From an uncultured Candidatus Rokubacteria bacterium (GTDB lineage Bacteria; Methylomirabilota; Methylomirabilia; Rokubacteriales; CSP1-6), in the NCBI GenBank assembly GCA_963789955.1, contig CAWBMV010000037.1, positions 468,984-532,983 of the forward strand: a stretch of DNA of 64,000 bases, written 5' to 3'. The notes under the pieces are model-generated. The model ran no database searches, was not told the origin of the DNA, and saw nothing but the letters and a program-made list of their open reading frames with translations. A program made the position numbers and the translations under genes. Each line of letters begins with the position of its first letter. The stretch's first letter is position 1. Of the stretch, positions 51,572-62,711 are shown in pieces.

Positions 51572-51955
51572 ATGAAGAAAACCGAATTCCTCGCGCAGGT
51601 CAAGGCCGCAGGCCGGCTCTCTTCGGCCAAGGAGGCCGAACGCTGGTCGAAGACTGTGCTCACTGCGTTGGTCGACTTGGCGCCGGACTCGGAAACCCGG
51701 CGCCAGTTCATCGCTCAGCTGCCGGGGTTCCTCAAGACGCCTCTGCTGGCCGAGCCACCGCGGCTATTGGTCATGGGGCACGACACTTTCATCCAACATA
51801 TCGGCGCGGCATTGGGTGTGCACGCCTCTGAAGCCGAACGCGCGCTCATCTCTGTCTGGAGCGTACTTCGCAAGGCCATTTCCACCGGCGAGATGGCCGA
51901 CTTCCAAGCACGCGTCCCGAAAGACGTCGCGTCCCATCTGGCACGCGTGGAGTGA
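51572..51955 (+). CDS. DUF2267-like protein
   Basis: GGAGG RBS; EFLAQV..EAER..VLTAL..AQLP and a second EAERA..V..VLRKAIS.GE..VP half. Confidence 0.7.
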   Translation: MKKTEFLAQVKAAGRLSSAKEAERWSKTVLTALVDLAPDSETRRQFIAQLPGFLKTPLLAEPPRLLVMGHDTFIQHIGAALGVHASEAERALISVWSVLRKAISTGEMADFQARVPKDVASHLARVE

Positions 51956-52137
51956 ACGAGCGTAAGACGGCGAAGACAGCGGAGACATAAATGCGATGAA
52001 GATGGTCTGCCGGAATATTCAAAGGCCTCTTGGCCGCGGTGTGGGCCGGGGCAAAGGGGCGGCACTGGTGCCTCATGTGGGGCAAAGATGCCCAGGGTGC
52101 GCCGTGCGCGCGTATCGCGACGATGAGGCATGATCGC

Positions 52138-53439
52138 CTATTTGAGGTGGTCTTTGAACCAGGCGACGGTCACCGCTGTCGCGCGCGTCAGCGCCGCCGG
52201 ATCTTCGAAGAGGTGATCGCCGCCGGGTATGATCTCGAGCGCGCGCGCGCTGCCGAAGCGGCCCAGCAGTGGACCGATCGCGGCGCGGATGGGCTCATCG
52301 TGCTCGCCGACAACGAGAAGCGCAGGCACGTGCACGCGAGCCGCCACGTCCTCGGCGCCCGCCAGATTGGGAGACCGGAGCACCAGCACGCGGATCCGTG
52401 GGTCTCGGGCTGCGGCGCGGACGGCCACGGCGGCGCCCGAGCTCGCGCCGACGACGCCAAGTCGATGGCGGTCGACTTCCTCGAAGCCCTCGAGCACGTT
52501 GACGGCGGCGGCGAGGTCGTTCACCTGCTGCTCCGGCGTCGAATCCTCCAGCGTCCCTTCACTCTCGCCGTGGCCGGTGAAGTCAAAGAGGAACGCGGCG
52601 AACCCTAGACGTCGCAACGCCTCGGCGACCGACCGGTTGCGGGGACTGTCCTTGCTGCTCCCCCAGCCGTGGGCGAAGACGACGGTGGGGCAAGGTCCCG
52701 GCGTCGCCGGCACAAGGAGCTGGCCGGTCAGGGCTTGGCCGCGGGAGTTCCTGAACACGAGACGCACGTCGTCCTTGGCCGCTCCCTCGGGCTTCTGCGC
52801 GGCTGGCGCACGCGCGCCAGTCAGCATCGCGATGACCTGATCATCCGAGACAGGCGAGAAATCCCGATAGTATTGCCCGACGGCCATGAACTCCGGATCC
52901 ACCAGGAGACTGACGAAGCGGTCCGCCCTGTGCTCGAATTCTCGGGCGGCGCTCGGAGAAGTGCATGGCACAGCGACGATGATCTCGCGGGCACCGTGAC
53001 GGCGAGCGTATTCGAGCGCCGCCCGCATCGTGAGCCCGGTGGCGAGGCCATCGTCGACCAGGACCACGGCCGCGCCAGGGAGGTAGCGGCCGAGCGCGGG
53101 AACCCCGTACGTCGTCATGCGACGGCGGATCTCCTTCGACACGCGCTGCTTCGCCCGCTCGACGTCCGCCGGCGAGAGCCCGAGGCTCGCCACCGACTGC
53201 GCGTCGATGATCGTGTGACCGTCCTCGTCGATCGCGCCGAACGCGAACTCGGGAGCGGCCGGCGCGGTGAGCTTACGCGCGTAGACGACCGTGAGCGGGA
53301 GGTGGAATTGCTCGACGATCGGCAGCGCAACACTGATACCGCCCCGCGGGATGCCGGCGACGACGCACGGCGGCTTGAGGATGGGGACGAGTGCCTCCGC
53401 CAGCTTGCGCCCCGCGTCGGTACGGTCGTCAAATGTCAT
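52138..53439 (-). CDS. Phosphoribosyltransferase fused to alpha/beta hydrolase
   Basis: FDDRTDAG, GIPRGG, VLVDDGLATG; VFAHGWGS, GASSG, VGEHD, GDHLF. Confidence 0.9.
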   Translation of the reverse strand: MTFDDRTDAGRKLAEALVPILKPPCVVAGIPRGGISVALPIVEQFHLPLTVVYARKLTAPAAPEFAFGAIDEDGHTIIDAQSVASLGLSPADVERAKQRVSKEIRRRMTTYGVPALGRYLPGAAVVLVDDGLATGLTMRAALEYARRHGAREIIVAVPCTSPSAAREFEHRADRFVSLLVDPEFMAVGQYYRDFSPVSDDQVIAMLTGARAPAAQKPEGAAKDDVRLVFRNSRGQALTGQLLVPATPGPCPTVVFAHGWGSSKDSPRNRSVAEALRRLGFAAFLFDFTGHGESEGTLEDSTPEQQVNDLAAAVNVLEGFEEVDRHRLGVVGASSGAAVAVRAAARDPRIRVLVLRSPNLAGAEDVAARVHVPALLVVGEHDEPIRAAIGPLLGRFGSARALEIIPGGDHLFEDPAALTRATAVTVAWFKDHLK

Positions 53440-53513
53440 GAACGCGTACGAGTGCAAAGATCGGGCCGAAGGCTGGATAGCTGACGAGGGGGAGGAGCTG
53501 CGCTTCATGCGCT

Positions 53514-54250
53514 TCACGTGGTGCGGCTCAGCGCCCTGATGACTTCGTCTCGAGCAAGCCACGGGAACGCCACTCGGCGGCCCTGTCGTGTCGCGCGCAC
53601 TCCCCGGCCCGATTCCACGGACCCAATCACATGACCCACGATCCCCTCACGCGCCCAGGCCCGAAGGAGCCCCGAGGCCCTGCCCTGCGGTAGCGCGACC
53701 AGCAGCGCACCCGAGCCGATCAGCCCGAGCGGGTCGATTGCGTAATGGCGACAGATGCGCGCGGTCTGGGGGTAAACGGGGATGCGGTCGAGATCGACGT
53801 CGAGCCGCACGCGCGACGCGAAGGCCATCTCATGAAGCGCGGCCCGCACGCCACCCTCGGTTGGATCGTGCATCGCTGAGGCTCCGTGCCGGGCCGCTGT
53901 GACGGCCTCCCTGACCACTGAGATCCCCGGGCGCTGCCGGAGCCTCTGTGCCGAACGCACAAGCGTGGCGGACAGCGCCTTGGTGAGTTCGCTGACTCGC
54001 TCCTGGGCGAGGATTGCCGTTCCCTCGATGCCGGCAGCCTTGGTGAGAAGCAGCCGGTCGCCGCGATGCGCGCCGCCGGCCGTGATGATGCGGGCCGCCA
54101 CGAGCAGCCCGTGCATGTCGCCCGCGACGATGGGACGTGTCACTGCGTCCGTCACTTCGGTGTGACCGCCGGTCACGGCCACGCCCAGCCCGCGGCAGGC
54201 GCGGTCGATCTCCCTGACGATGGTCATCAGCACCGAGGTCTTGGTCCCTG
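53514..54250 (-). CDS. AIR synthase-related (PurM/HypE/ThiL-fold) protein, 5'-truncated at junction
   Basis: GGHTEVT, GDRLLLTK..GIEGT, MHDPTEGG, DPLGLIGSGALL; N-terminal part absent. Confidence 0.82.
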
Positions 54251-55653
54251 CGAAATACTCGGGCCGGCTGGCGTTCGCCGGTCTTGCGCTGACGGTTGCG
54301 GTCGCCGCGATGGTGACGCCACGCTTTTCGGCCGACGCCCAGCAGTCGGCCCTGCCGCCAATCGACGACTCGCTCAAGGCCAGCCAGTCGATCTTCTCCC
54401 TCCGCAGTCGCGGGATCAGGTGCGAGATCAGGTGCGTGCGCAGGCCGATCCCGATGCGCTCGATGGCGCCAGCAGTGTTCGGGACCGCGCCGACCGCGCC
54501 GGGTCTGACGCGGAGTTCGCCGCGCTCGGCAACGAGATAGAGGCCCTCATGGCGACCGTCGGCGATGAGCTTGAGGTTGCCTTTGCGGGCCTTTCTCCGG
54601 AGCTCGAAGCCGAACTGCATGGCCTGTCGGCGGAAATGGCGGCGCTCGGCGCGGAGATCTCCGTGGCAGTGAGCCAGGAAGTTCTGCGCGAGATGCCGCA
54701 GATCATGGAAGACGTCCGCCGTTCGCTCGAAGCCGAAGGCATCGAAGTGGGCGACTGGCAGGACTTCCACGGCCTCAGCGAGGAAGAGCGGAAGAACTGC
54801 GTGAGAAACTCCAGGATGCCCGCGACGAGATCCGCGAGGCGCTGGGCCCGGAGATGCGCGAGGAAATCCGCGCCGCCATCGAGGAGGCGCGCGCCGAACT
54901 TGCTGAACATCGCGACGAGATCCACGCCGCCATCGAGCAGAGCCGGTCCAGCATGACAATCGCACGCGAAGCCATGGCCAAGGCCCGCGTCGAGATCGAC
55001 GCTGCCCGCGCGCGGGGCGACTTCGATCACGATTTCGACTTTGATTTCGATGTCGACAAGGAAGTCCTGGAGAAGCTCCGCCAGAACGGTATCGACATCA
55101 AAAACACGAAGGTCATTCGCATTCGGGAGGACGAAAGCAAGCCAGATGTGAAGCTGATGAAAGCCGCCCGCCGCTGCGATGAGGCGGAGGTCCGCCGGCT
55201 CATCACGGACGAGAAGGCCGATGTGAACGCGGTCTTCCCGGTAGACGGAACGCCCCTGATCCAGGCGGCGCGCAGGAACTGCATCGATGCGGCGCGGGCG
55301 CTGCTCAATGCCGGCGCGGATCCCGAATGGCGTCACCTGGCGACGGCAACCCGCTGATCCAGGCGTCGATGGAGGGCCACGTCGAGATTGCCCGGCTGCT
55401 TCTGAACCGCGGCGCCAATGCCAACGCGTACGTCGGGGGCGACGAGACCGCGCTGGAGAACGCGGCCGGCGAAGGCGAACTCGAAGTCGTGGAAATCCTC
55501 GCCCACAACCAGAACGTGAACCTCGGCCTACACGGTCGAGGCCTGTGCGGCAGGGAGCCGCGCTTCGCCGTGGCCCAGCGCAACGGCGAGGATGAGGTTG
55601 CCGCCTATCTGCGCTCCAAGGGCGCCGTGGCGCAGCCGACGGCGGCGAACTAG
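54246..55653 (+). CDS. 5'-truncated protein with TM, coiled coil and ankyrin repeats (possibly the C-terminal part of an M56/BlaR1-type protein), frameshifted
   Basis: TM RLAFAGLALTVAVAAM, acidic coiled coil, DGTPLIQAA..LLNAGAD, DGNPLIQAS.EGH..LLNRGANAN, DETALENAA. Confidence 0.65.
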
Positions 55654-55740
55654 ACTTACTGGACTGCTCAGCAATGCCGCTGTCCCTGTTGGAGGGCCCA
55701 GCGCCTCCCGATGAAACTGTCAAGCTCAGGGGACGAGCGT

Positions 55741-57912
55741 ATGTCGACAGGAATACGGGGCGCCCGACGCGGCGGCCGTGGAACGCTATCCGGCTCGGCG
55801 CTGGCAGGCGGCCTGATCGTGCTGGGCGGGGCGTTGCCCGTTGCGGCGCAGGAAGCGACCGCGCCCCGGGGGGCCCCGCAGGCGCAGGTCTATGAGCCGG
55901 ACTTCTTCGCGCGTTTTGCACCGAAGACCGCCGCGGACATGGTCAGCAACATTCCGGGCTTCACGATTTCCGGCGACGACAGCGACGAGCGCGGCTTCGG
56001 CCAGGCCAGGCAGAACGTGCTGATCAACGGCCGGCGTGTCTCCGGCAAGTCGAATGACGCGGCCACGGCGCTGGGCCGCATTACCGCCGAGAGCGTCCTG
56101 CGCATCGAGATCGTCGACGGCGCAACGCTGGACATTCCGGGCCTCTCCGGACAGGTCGCCAACGTCATCGCCAGGGTGGACGCGTTCAGCGGCAACTGGA
56201 ACTGGCAGCCGGAGTTCCGCGAGAACCTCCAGCCCTCATGGTACCGGGGTTCGCTGACGGCAAACGGCAAGACCGAAAATGGCTGGTCATGGTCGGCCGA
56301 GGTCAACGCCTTCGAATTCCACAATGGCCATGACGGGCCAGGCGTCATCACGGATGGCGTGGGCAACGTCACCGATATCCGCCGCGAAGGTTTCAACGGC
56401 GCCGGTGAGGAGCCCGCCTTGGCCGCGACGCTCACCTACGAGTTGGCTGGCGGCTCGATCGCCAACATGAACCTGGCGCTGCGCTCCTTCAATTTTGTCG
56501 GGCGGGAGGACTCCTTCCGCGATCCGGTGAACGCCCCGCCGCTGTCCCGCTTCGTGTTCATCGGCGAGGACGAGCTGGGCGGTGAAATCGGCGCAGACTA
56601 CGAATTCGACTTCGGACCGGGGCGACTGAAACTCATTGCCCTGCAGCGCTCCGAGGAGGGTGATGATCTCGTCACGGTGGAATCAGACGACGCCGGCGGC
56701 GCTGCGCTCGAGGGCGAGCGCGTGCTGGAACATGCGGAGGCTGGCGAAAGCATCCTACGCGCCGAGTATGGGTTCGGCGCCTTTGGCGGCGATATGCAGT
56801 GGGCAGTGGAAGGCGCCTTCAACTTCCTCGACGTCGCCACCGATTTCGGCGACCGCCAGGCCGACGAAGCTATGCCCTTGCGCCGCTGCCCGGCGGAAAC
56901 GCCCGCGTGGAGGAGCGGCGGGCGGAGACCAACCTTTCGTATAGTCGCACGCTGTCGGATGCCTGGAGCCTGCAGAGCTCACTGGGCGGCGAGTATTCCG
57001 AGCTGGCGCAGATCGGGTCCGGGGTCTACGCGCGAGTTTGTCCGGCCGAAGGGGTTTCTGGCGCTGGTCTGGAAGGCGAACGAAGACCTCGACATCAGCC
57101 TCAAGGCCGAGCGGCGCGTGGGGCAGCTCGACTTCGGCGATTTCCTGTCCTCGGTCGATATCCAGGACAACAACCAGTCGGCGGGAAACGTCGAGCTGGT
57201 TCCGGAGCAGTCCTGGATCCTGTCGTCCGAAATCAACCGGAAGCTCGGACCCTGGGGCGCGGTCAAGCTGGTGGGAGAGTATGACCTCATCGAGGATGTA
57301 GTGGATCTCGTACCGATCGATGCGAACGGGTTGCCGGTGCAGGACCCTGTCGCCAATATCGCCGATATCCGCGGGCAGGGCGTGGGCAACATCGACGAGG
57401 CCACCGCCTGGTCGCTCACCGGATCGGGTACGATCAACTTCGATCCGGTCGGACTTGAGGGACTCCAGCTCGAATTCAGCGTGCGCTACCGCGACAGCGA
57501 ACTGGATGACCCTCTGACCGGCGTACCGCGCGAAATCAGCAACTATCCGAAGATCACCAACAGCGGGAGCCTGCGCTGGGACATCCCGGAGACGACCTGG
57601 ACGGTCGGAGCCGGGATCGACGAGTTCCAGAACTACGCGCAGTACCGGCTCGACCAGATCTCGCGGAACTGGACGGCTCCGTCCACCAATTTCTTCTTCA
57701 TCGAGAACAAGGATGTCTTTGGGCTGAAGGTCCAGCTTCAGGCCGTGAATCTCAACGATACGTCGGAGAACTTCAAGCGCGAGGTCTACCAGTCGGCCAA
57801 TCCGTTGAATCCGAACGCGCCGCGGCTGCGTACGAACCCGATCGATTTCACCGAGGAGCGACACCGCACCTTCGGGCCGATCATCCGGCTTGAGGTGTCG
57901 GGTACTTTCTAG
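55741..57912 (+). CDS. TonB-dependent receptor (frameshifted segment near 56870-57020)
   Basis: FFARFAPKTA.DMV..IPGF, NVLINGRR plug, GN.EL.PEQ, C-terminal Phe (VSGTF). Confidence 0.9.
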   Translation: MSTGIRGARRGGRGTLSGSALAGGLIVLGGALPVAAQEATAPRGAPQAQVYEPDFFARFAPKTAADMVSNIPGFTISGDDSDERGFGQARQNVLINGRRVSGKSNDAATALGRITAESVLRIEIVDGATLDIPGLSGQVANVIARVDAFSGNWNWQPEFRENLQPSWYRGSLTANGKTENGWSWSAEVNAFEFHNGHDGPGVITDGVGNVTDIRREGFNGAGEEPALAATLTYELAGGSIANMNLALRSFNFVGREDSFRDPVNAPPLSRFVFIGEDELGGEIGADYEFDFGPGRLKLIALQRSEEGDDLVTVESDDAGGAALEGERVLEHAEAGESILRAEYGFGAFGGDMQWAVEGAFNFLDVATDFGDRQADEAMPLRRCPAETPAWRSGGRRPTFRIVARCRMPGACRAHWAASIPSWRRSGPGSTREFVRPKGFLALVWKANEDLDISLKAERRVGQLDFGDFLSSVDIQDNNQSAGNVELVPEQSWILSSEINRKLGPWGAVKLVGEYDLIEDVVDLVPIDANGLPVQDPVANIADIRGQGVGNIDEATAWSLTGSGTINFDPVGLEGLQLEFSVRYRDSELDDPLTGVPREISNYPKITNSGSLRWDIPETTWTVGAGIDEFQNYAQYRLDQISRNWTAPSTNFFFIENKDVFGLKVQLQAVNLNDTSENFKREVYQSANPLNPNAPRLRTNPIDFTEERHRTFGPIIRLEVSGTF

Positions 57913-57915
57913 GGT

Positions 57916-58625
57916 TCAATGCGGCGCTTCTCTGAGAGCGGTGGGGCAGTGTGGACCCAGGCTGGTCTCGGCGCCGAACCAGGTTGGGTTGCAGTCGTAG
58001 ACCTGCCGGCCGCCGTCCCACATCATGTGGCCCGCCACATAGAGGATGATCAGCAGCCCGATATAGCTGATCCAGCGGTAGCGGTTCAGCACCCGTGCGA
58101 TCAGCGTCGCGGCGAGGCCCATCAGCAGCACCGACAGCGTCAGACCGAACACCATGATCCAGGGGTGATCGTGCGCCGCTCCTGCAACCGCCAGCACGTT
58201 GTCCAGCGACATCGACACGTCGGCGACGACGATCTGCAGCACCGCCTGGCCCAGCGATTTCCTGACGATCTTCTTGCCGGCGACCTTGCCGTCGCCGTCG
58301 AGGTCCTTGCCGGTGATGGCCTCCTCGTCCTTGCCGTGCGGCGTGATCAGCTCGCGCCACATCTTCCAGCACACCCAGAGCAGCAGCACGCCGCCGGCGA
58401 ACAGGAGGCCGATAACGGCCAGCAGCTGCGTGGCGATCAGCGCGAAACAGATGCGCAGGACGGTCGCGGCGAGAACGCCGATGAGGATCGCCTGGCCGCG
58501 CTGCTTGACCGGCAGGCCGGCCGCGGCGAGGCCGATGACGACAGCGTTGTCGCCGGCCAGCACGAGGTCGATCATCACGACGGTCAGGAAGGCCTGGAGC
58601 GCCTCGAACGGGTTAGGAAGTCCAT
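57916..58625 (-). CDS. TerC/YjbE-family membrane protein
   Basis: IDLVLAGDNAVVI, ADVSMSLDNVLAVAGAA. Confidence 0.92.
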
Positions 58626-58920
58626 GTGCCCCTGCGCGCTCCCGGCGGCCTGCTCGCCCGCCAGGCCGCCACCTTCCGACGCGCGGCGCTGTTTGCAAGG
58701 GGACGACGTCGCGGGAAGCGATGATCGCGCGTGCGAACGCGGAAACCGATAGTTTGCGGGGGCCCGGACGGGGCGGACCGCCTTGACTTTCCCGGCCTTT
58801 CCTGTTTCTGCGCGCTTCCCCGACCTTCGGGTTCCGGGGGCATTACGGGTGGTGCGCCGCCGCCGTTGAAATCGCGGGACCATAGGGGTCCCGCCGGAGC
58901 GCGCCGAAAACGAGGACCAC

Positions 58921-59536
58921 ATGTCGAGGCGCCAGAACGCCAAGTACAAGATCGATCGCCGCGTTGGCGAGAACGTCTGGGGCCGGCCGAAAAGCCCCAT
59001 CAACTCCCGCCAGACGCGCCCCGGCCAGCACGGCGCCCGGCGCACCAACAAGCCGTCGGACTTCGGCATCCAGCTGATGGCCAAGCAGAAGCTCAAGGGC
59101 TTCTACGGCGAGATCACCGAGAAGCAGTTCCGCAAGACCTATGAGGAGGCGGCCCGCCGCCGCGGCAACACCGCCGAGTTCCTTGTCGGCCTGCTGGAAT
59201 CGCGGCTCGACGCCATTGTCTACCGCGCCAAGTTCGTGCCGACGATCTTCGCGTCGCGGCAGTTCGTGAACCACGGCCACGTGACGGTGAACGGCAAGAA
59301 GGCGAACATCGCCTCGATGTGGGTGAAGGCCAGGCGACGTCGTCCAGGTGCGCGAGAAGTCCGCGCAACATGGCGCTGGTGTCGAGGCGGTCGCCTCGGG
59401 CGAGCGCGATGTGCCGGAGTATCTGGAGGTCGATCCAAGGCGGCGACGGCGAAGTTCGTCCGTATGCCGGCCTGTCCGAGATTCCGTCGCGGCCAGGATG
59501 GAGCCGCACCTGGTGGTCGAGTTCTACTCGTCCTGA
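58921..59536 (+). CDS. rpsD: 30S ribosomal protein S4 (alphaproteobacterial type), frameshifts in the 3' third
   Basis: [56 protein letters not shown]. Confidence 0.96.
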
Positions 59537-59562
59537 GGACGGCCAGCGATCGGAATAACGGG

Positions 59563-59595
59563 AAGGGGCGATCCGCAGGGTCGCCCTTTCGCTTT
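59563..59595 (+). terminator. Probable intrinsic terminator after rpsD
   Basis: GGGCGATCC-gca-GGGTCGCCC stem followed by TTTCGCTTT. Confidence 0.65.
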
Positions 59596-59646
59596 GGCGC
59601 GAGGCGGGGCCTATTGTCCGACAGCGCATTGGGGAGGCGCGGAGCG

Positions 59647-60474
59647 ATGGCCGACCGCCCGGTTTCGAGGCCGTGCGTTCCGCCACCATTGTCGCCGAAA
59701 GGCAGGCGAAGTTCCTCGCCGACCGCTCGACCGACGGGGACGTCTTCTGCGACAAGTCCGACGCGAGAAATCGCTGGAGGCCGACGGCCTCGCCATCGAC
59801 GAACTGCAGGATGCGCTGTTCGCCTCGCAGTGCGGATCGCTGCTGGTGGTGCTGCAGGGCATCGACACGTCGGGCAAGGACGGCACGACCAAGTCGGTGT
59901 TCAAGTACACCAGCCCGCTTGGGCGTGCATGTCCACCCCTTCGGCCGGCCGACGGATATCGAGCTGGCGCACGACTATCTCTGGCGGATCCACGCGGTGG
60001 TTCCACGCTGTGGCCATATCGCGGTGTTCAACCGCTCGCACTACGAGGACGTGCTGGTGGTGAAGGTGCGCAAGCTAGCGCCGCCGGACAGGGTCGAGGA
60101 GCGCTACGAGCAGATCAACGCCTTCGAGAAGCATCTGGTGGAGAACGGCACGCGGGTGCTGAAGCTGATGCTGCACATCTCGAAGAAGGAGCAGGGCCAG
60201 CGGCTGCAGGAGCGGCTGGATGAGCCGAAGAAGCGATGGAAGTTCAACCCGTGCGATCTCGAGGACCGCAAGCTTTGGGACGAGTACCAGGACGCCTACG
60301 AGACGATGCTGCAGCGCTGCTCGACACCGCACGCGCCCTGGCATGTCCTGCCTGCCGACAGGCGGACCAAGCGGGATGCGATCGCTGCGCGGCTGGTCCG
60401 CGGCGCGCTGGCCGAGATGAAGCCCGCACTATCCCGATCCGGGCTACCGGCTCGACCAGTTCGAAATCGACTGA
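59647..60474 (+). CDS. ppk2: Polyphosphate kinase 2 family (class III-like), frameshifted
   Basis: [33 protein letters not shown]-like RWKFNP.DL. Confidence 0.88.
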
Positions 60475-60561
60475 TGGGCACGCCAACTAAAGCCGTCGTT
60501 CATTTGCCGTTCATATCGAATAACGATAAATAGGCTTCATACTCGGACGAAGGGGTCGGAC

Positions 60562-60935
60562 ATGGATTCCATTTTGTAGTTTGGCGCGGTTGGACTGTTC
60601 GCCACCTCCCTCGGCGGCTGCCTGATCGTCGATGCGGACGTGCGCGAAGGCGACTGGAGCGGATACTCGGCCGACCTGCTCTACGGCGCGGAGGTCAGCG
60701 TGCGTGGGCCATCGGAGATCAGCATCGTCGCCGACTCCAACGGCTGCACAAACAAGGAGACTTCAGCGCCGATGTCGATCGCGATGACGACCGCTATCGC
60801 GTGCGCTTCCAGCGCGAGCGGGAAGACAACTGCAAGGCGCTTGTCCCGGAAGGCCGCCGAACGACCTGCAGCTTCGCCGAACTGGGCATTCCGGACGGCG
60901 CGCGGGTAACTGTTTCCAACCGCGTCGGCCGCTAG
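60562..60935 (+). CDS. Putative lipoprotein, frameshifted
   Basis: Lipobox-like LGGC, SNGCT.K and ED.CKA Cys pair; an early stop and an indel are probably errors. Confidence 0.55.
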
Positions 60936-61061
60936 GCCGACACCTCCCCACGCTCGTCCGACCGCGTATCGGGTCCCAGGATCACCCAGCGCGCCAGATC
61001 GCAAAGCGACGGCGCTTCCTGGATCCCGCTCCGGATCACATCCGGGGCGGGATGAGCGTTT

Positions 61062-61825
61062 TCAGCGTCCCGCCGTCACGTCGCCGCCGCCGCTTCCTTT
61101 TCCGGAAAACTGGCGGGGTTGCCGTGAAAGCGGATGTCGCCGCCGGAGGAAGCGCGGCCCGACGCCGAGGCGGTCGCCGTCACTTCGGCGTCTCTGCTGC
61201 TGGACGCCGCGACGGCGGCGGCTTCGCACCTCAGATCCTCGCCACGGCAGTCTGCACCGCCGGACGTTTCAACCGACAGCGCATCGCAGGCGCCGGAAAC
61301 GTTGATGTCGGCGCCGCCGCTTGCCGAGGCTGTCAGCGTATCGATAGATAGCCCTTGTGCGTTCACGTCGAGCGCCGCCTCCGGCGTCGATGCGAAGCGT
61401 CGCAAGCGTGAGGCCATCGACGTTCACGTCGGCGCCGCCGCCAGCCTTGACTTCCAGCGCATCCAGCCGCAGGGAATGACGTCGACATCCGCGCCGCCGC
61501 TGGCGTCGATGATGATAGTCCGGCGCCGAGACAGTGACGACGTCGCGGTCCGACGAGCTCAACCAGCCGACACTGGTGGTCGGTTCGCGGCTATGACAAG
61601 CGAAGAGACCTGCCGTCGATCCGCAGATTGTTGATCCTGTCTTTGGTCCCTCGGCCTGATGTCGAATGGGACCCTGTCTCAGCACGACATTGACGCTGGA
61701 TCTCGCCGAGACGCTGTCGAAGCCGGCAAGGTCGTAGTTTTCGTCACCGTCTCGCAGGAGACGACGACGCAGCCGCCTGTCGCGGCCAGCGCCACGGCAG
61801 GCAGTATCGAGGAAAACCTGATCAT
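61062..61825 (-). CDS. DUF2807 (GIN/head) domain lipoprotein, heavily frameshifted
   Basis: ATGGC lipobox, YDLAGFDSV, repeated SGGAD units, SSGGDIRFHGNP. Confidence 0.7.
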
Positions 61826-61845
61826 GTTGACGATCCCTTGTTCGT

Positions 61846-62483
61846 CTAGCGCGCGCGGACCGAGCCGCCGCTCGACGTGTCCTTGGTAAGGTCGCCGGCT
61901 TGCCATGGAAGGTGACGTTGGCGCCGGATGAGGCGTTGCTGGAGGCGCTGCGAGCGGCGAAAGCATCAGCATCGGCGCTGGAGGAGGCGTCGACAGACGC
62001 AGTTTCGCACTTCAGGTCCTCGCCGTCGAAATCGGCGCCCGAGGAGACATCGACGCGAAGGCCGGCGCAGCTTCCCGAAAGCTCGACATTCGCCCGCAGG
62101 AGACGCCGACCTTGATGTCCTGAGCTGGAGGTTGTGGCCTTCGAGCGGGCGCCGGACGATACGTCGAGGCCGACATAGTTCGGCGCGCTGACGGCGACCG
62201 AGTAGTCTATTCCGCGCCAGTCGAACCAGTCGTTCCTGCGCCAGATGCGCAGGGTGTCGCCACGCAGTTCGACGATCAGCTTGTCGAAATTGCCATCGGG
62301 CTCGTCGGCCCTGATCGAGAACGGACCCTGGCTCAGCGTCACGTCGATGCCTGCTGAGACATCGACCCGGTCGAACCCGGACAGGCCGTAGGTCTTGCTG
62401 TCGGCGAAGGCGGGGAGGGCGACGACGGCGGCAGTGACAATCGCGACCGCGGCGGCGGTAATCAGAAGAGTGGACTGGCGCAT
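61846..62483 (-). CDS. DUF2807 (GIN/head) domain protein, frameshifted
   Basis: Signal peptide, GFDRVDVSAGIDV, repeated SSGA units, VTFHGKP. Confidence 0.8.
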
Positions 62484-62711
62484 CAGAATCTCTCTTGTTT
62501 TGTTGGTCTTTTTATGCGGTCGCAGTGGTAATGGGCTTTACGGCCTCTGGGAGCAGTGCGATCGCGAGACGACTAGTAACTTAGTCCTTATCGAAACAAA
62601 TAAAAAAGAATCGCGGCTGAGAGAGCCGTGAGCCGGCGCCGATACGGGGGACGCGCGCCGCCGGCTCACGGGGCCAGACCGATTGGGGGCGACCTGGCCA
62701 GACCTTCGTGA

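Noticed and set aside
52138..53439. PRTase-hydrolase fusion as a novelty
   Set aside because: This architecture is already known, for example in mycobacterial Rv0571c-type proteins
53514..54965. 483-aa ORF as a novel fusion protein
   Set aside because: Its N-terminal half is the antisense of the ankyrin gene across the suspected chimeric junction
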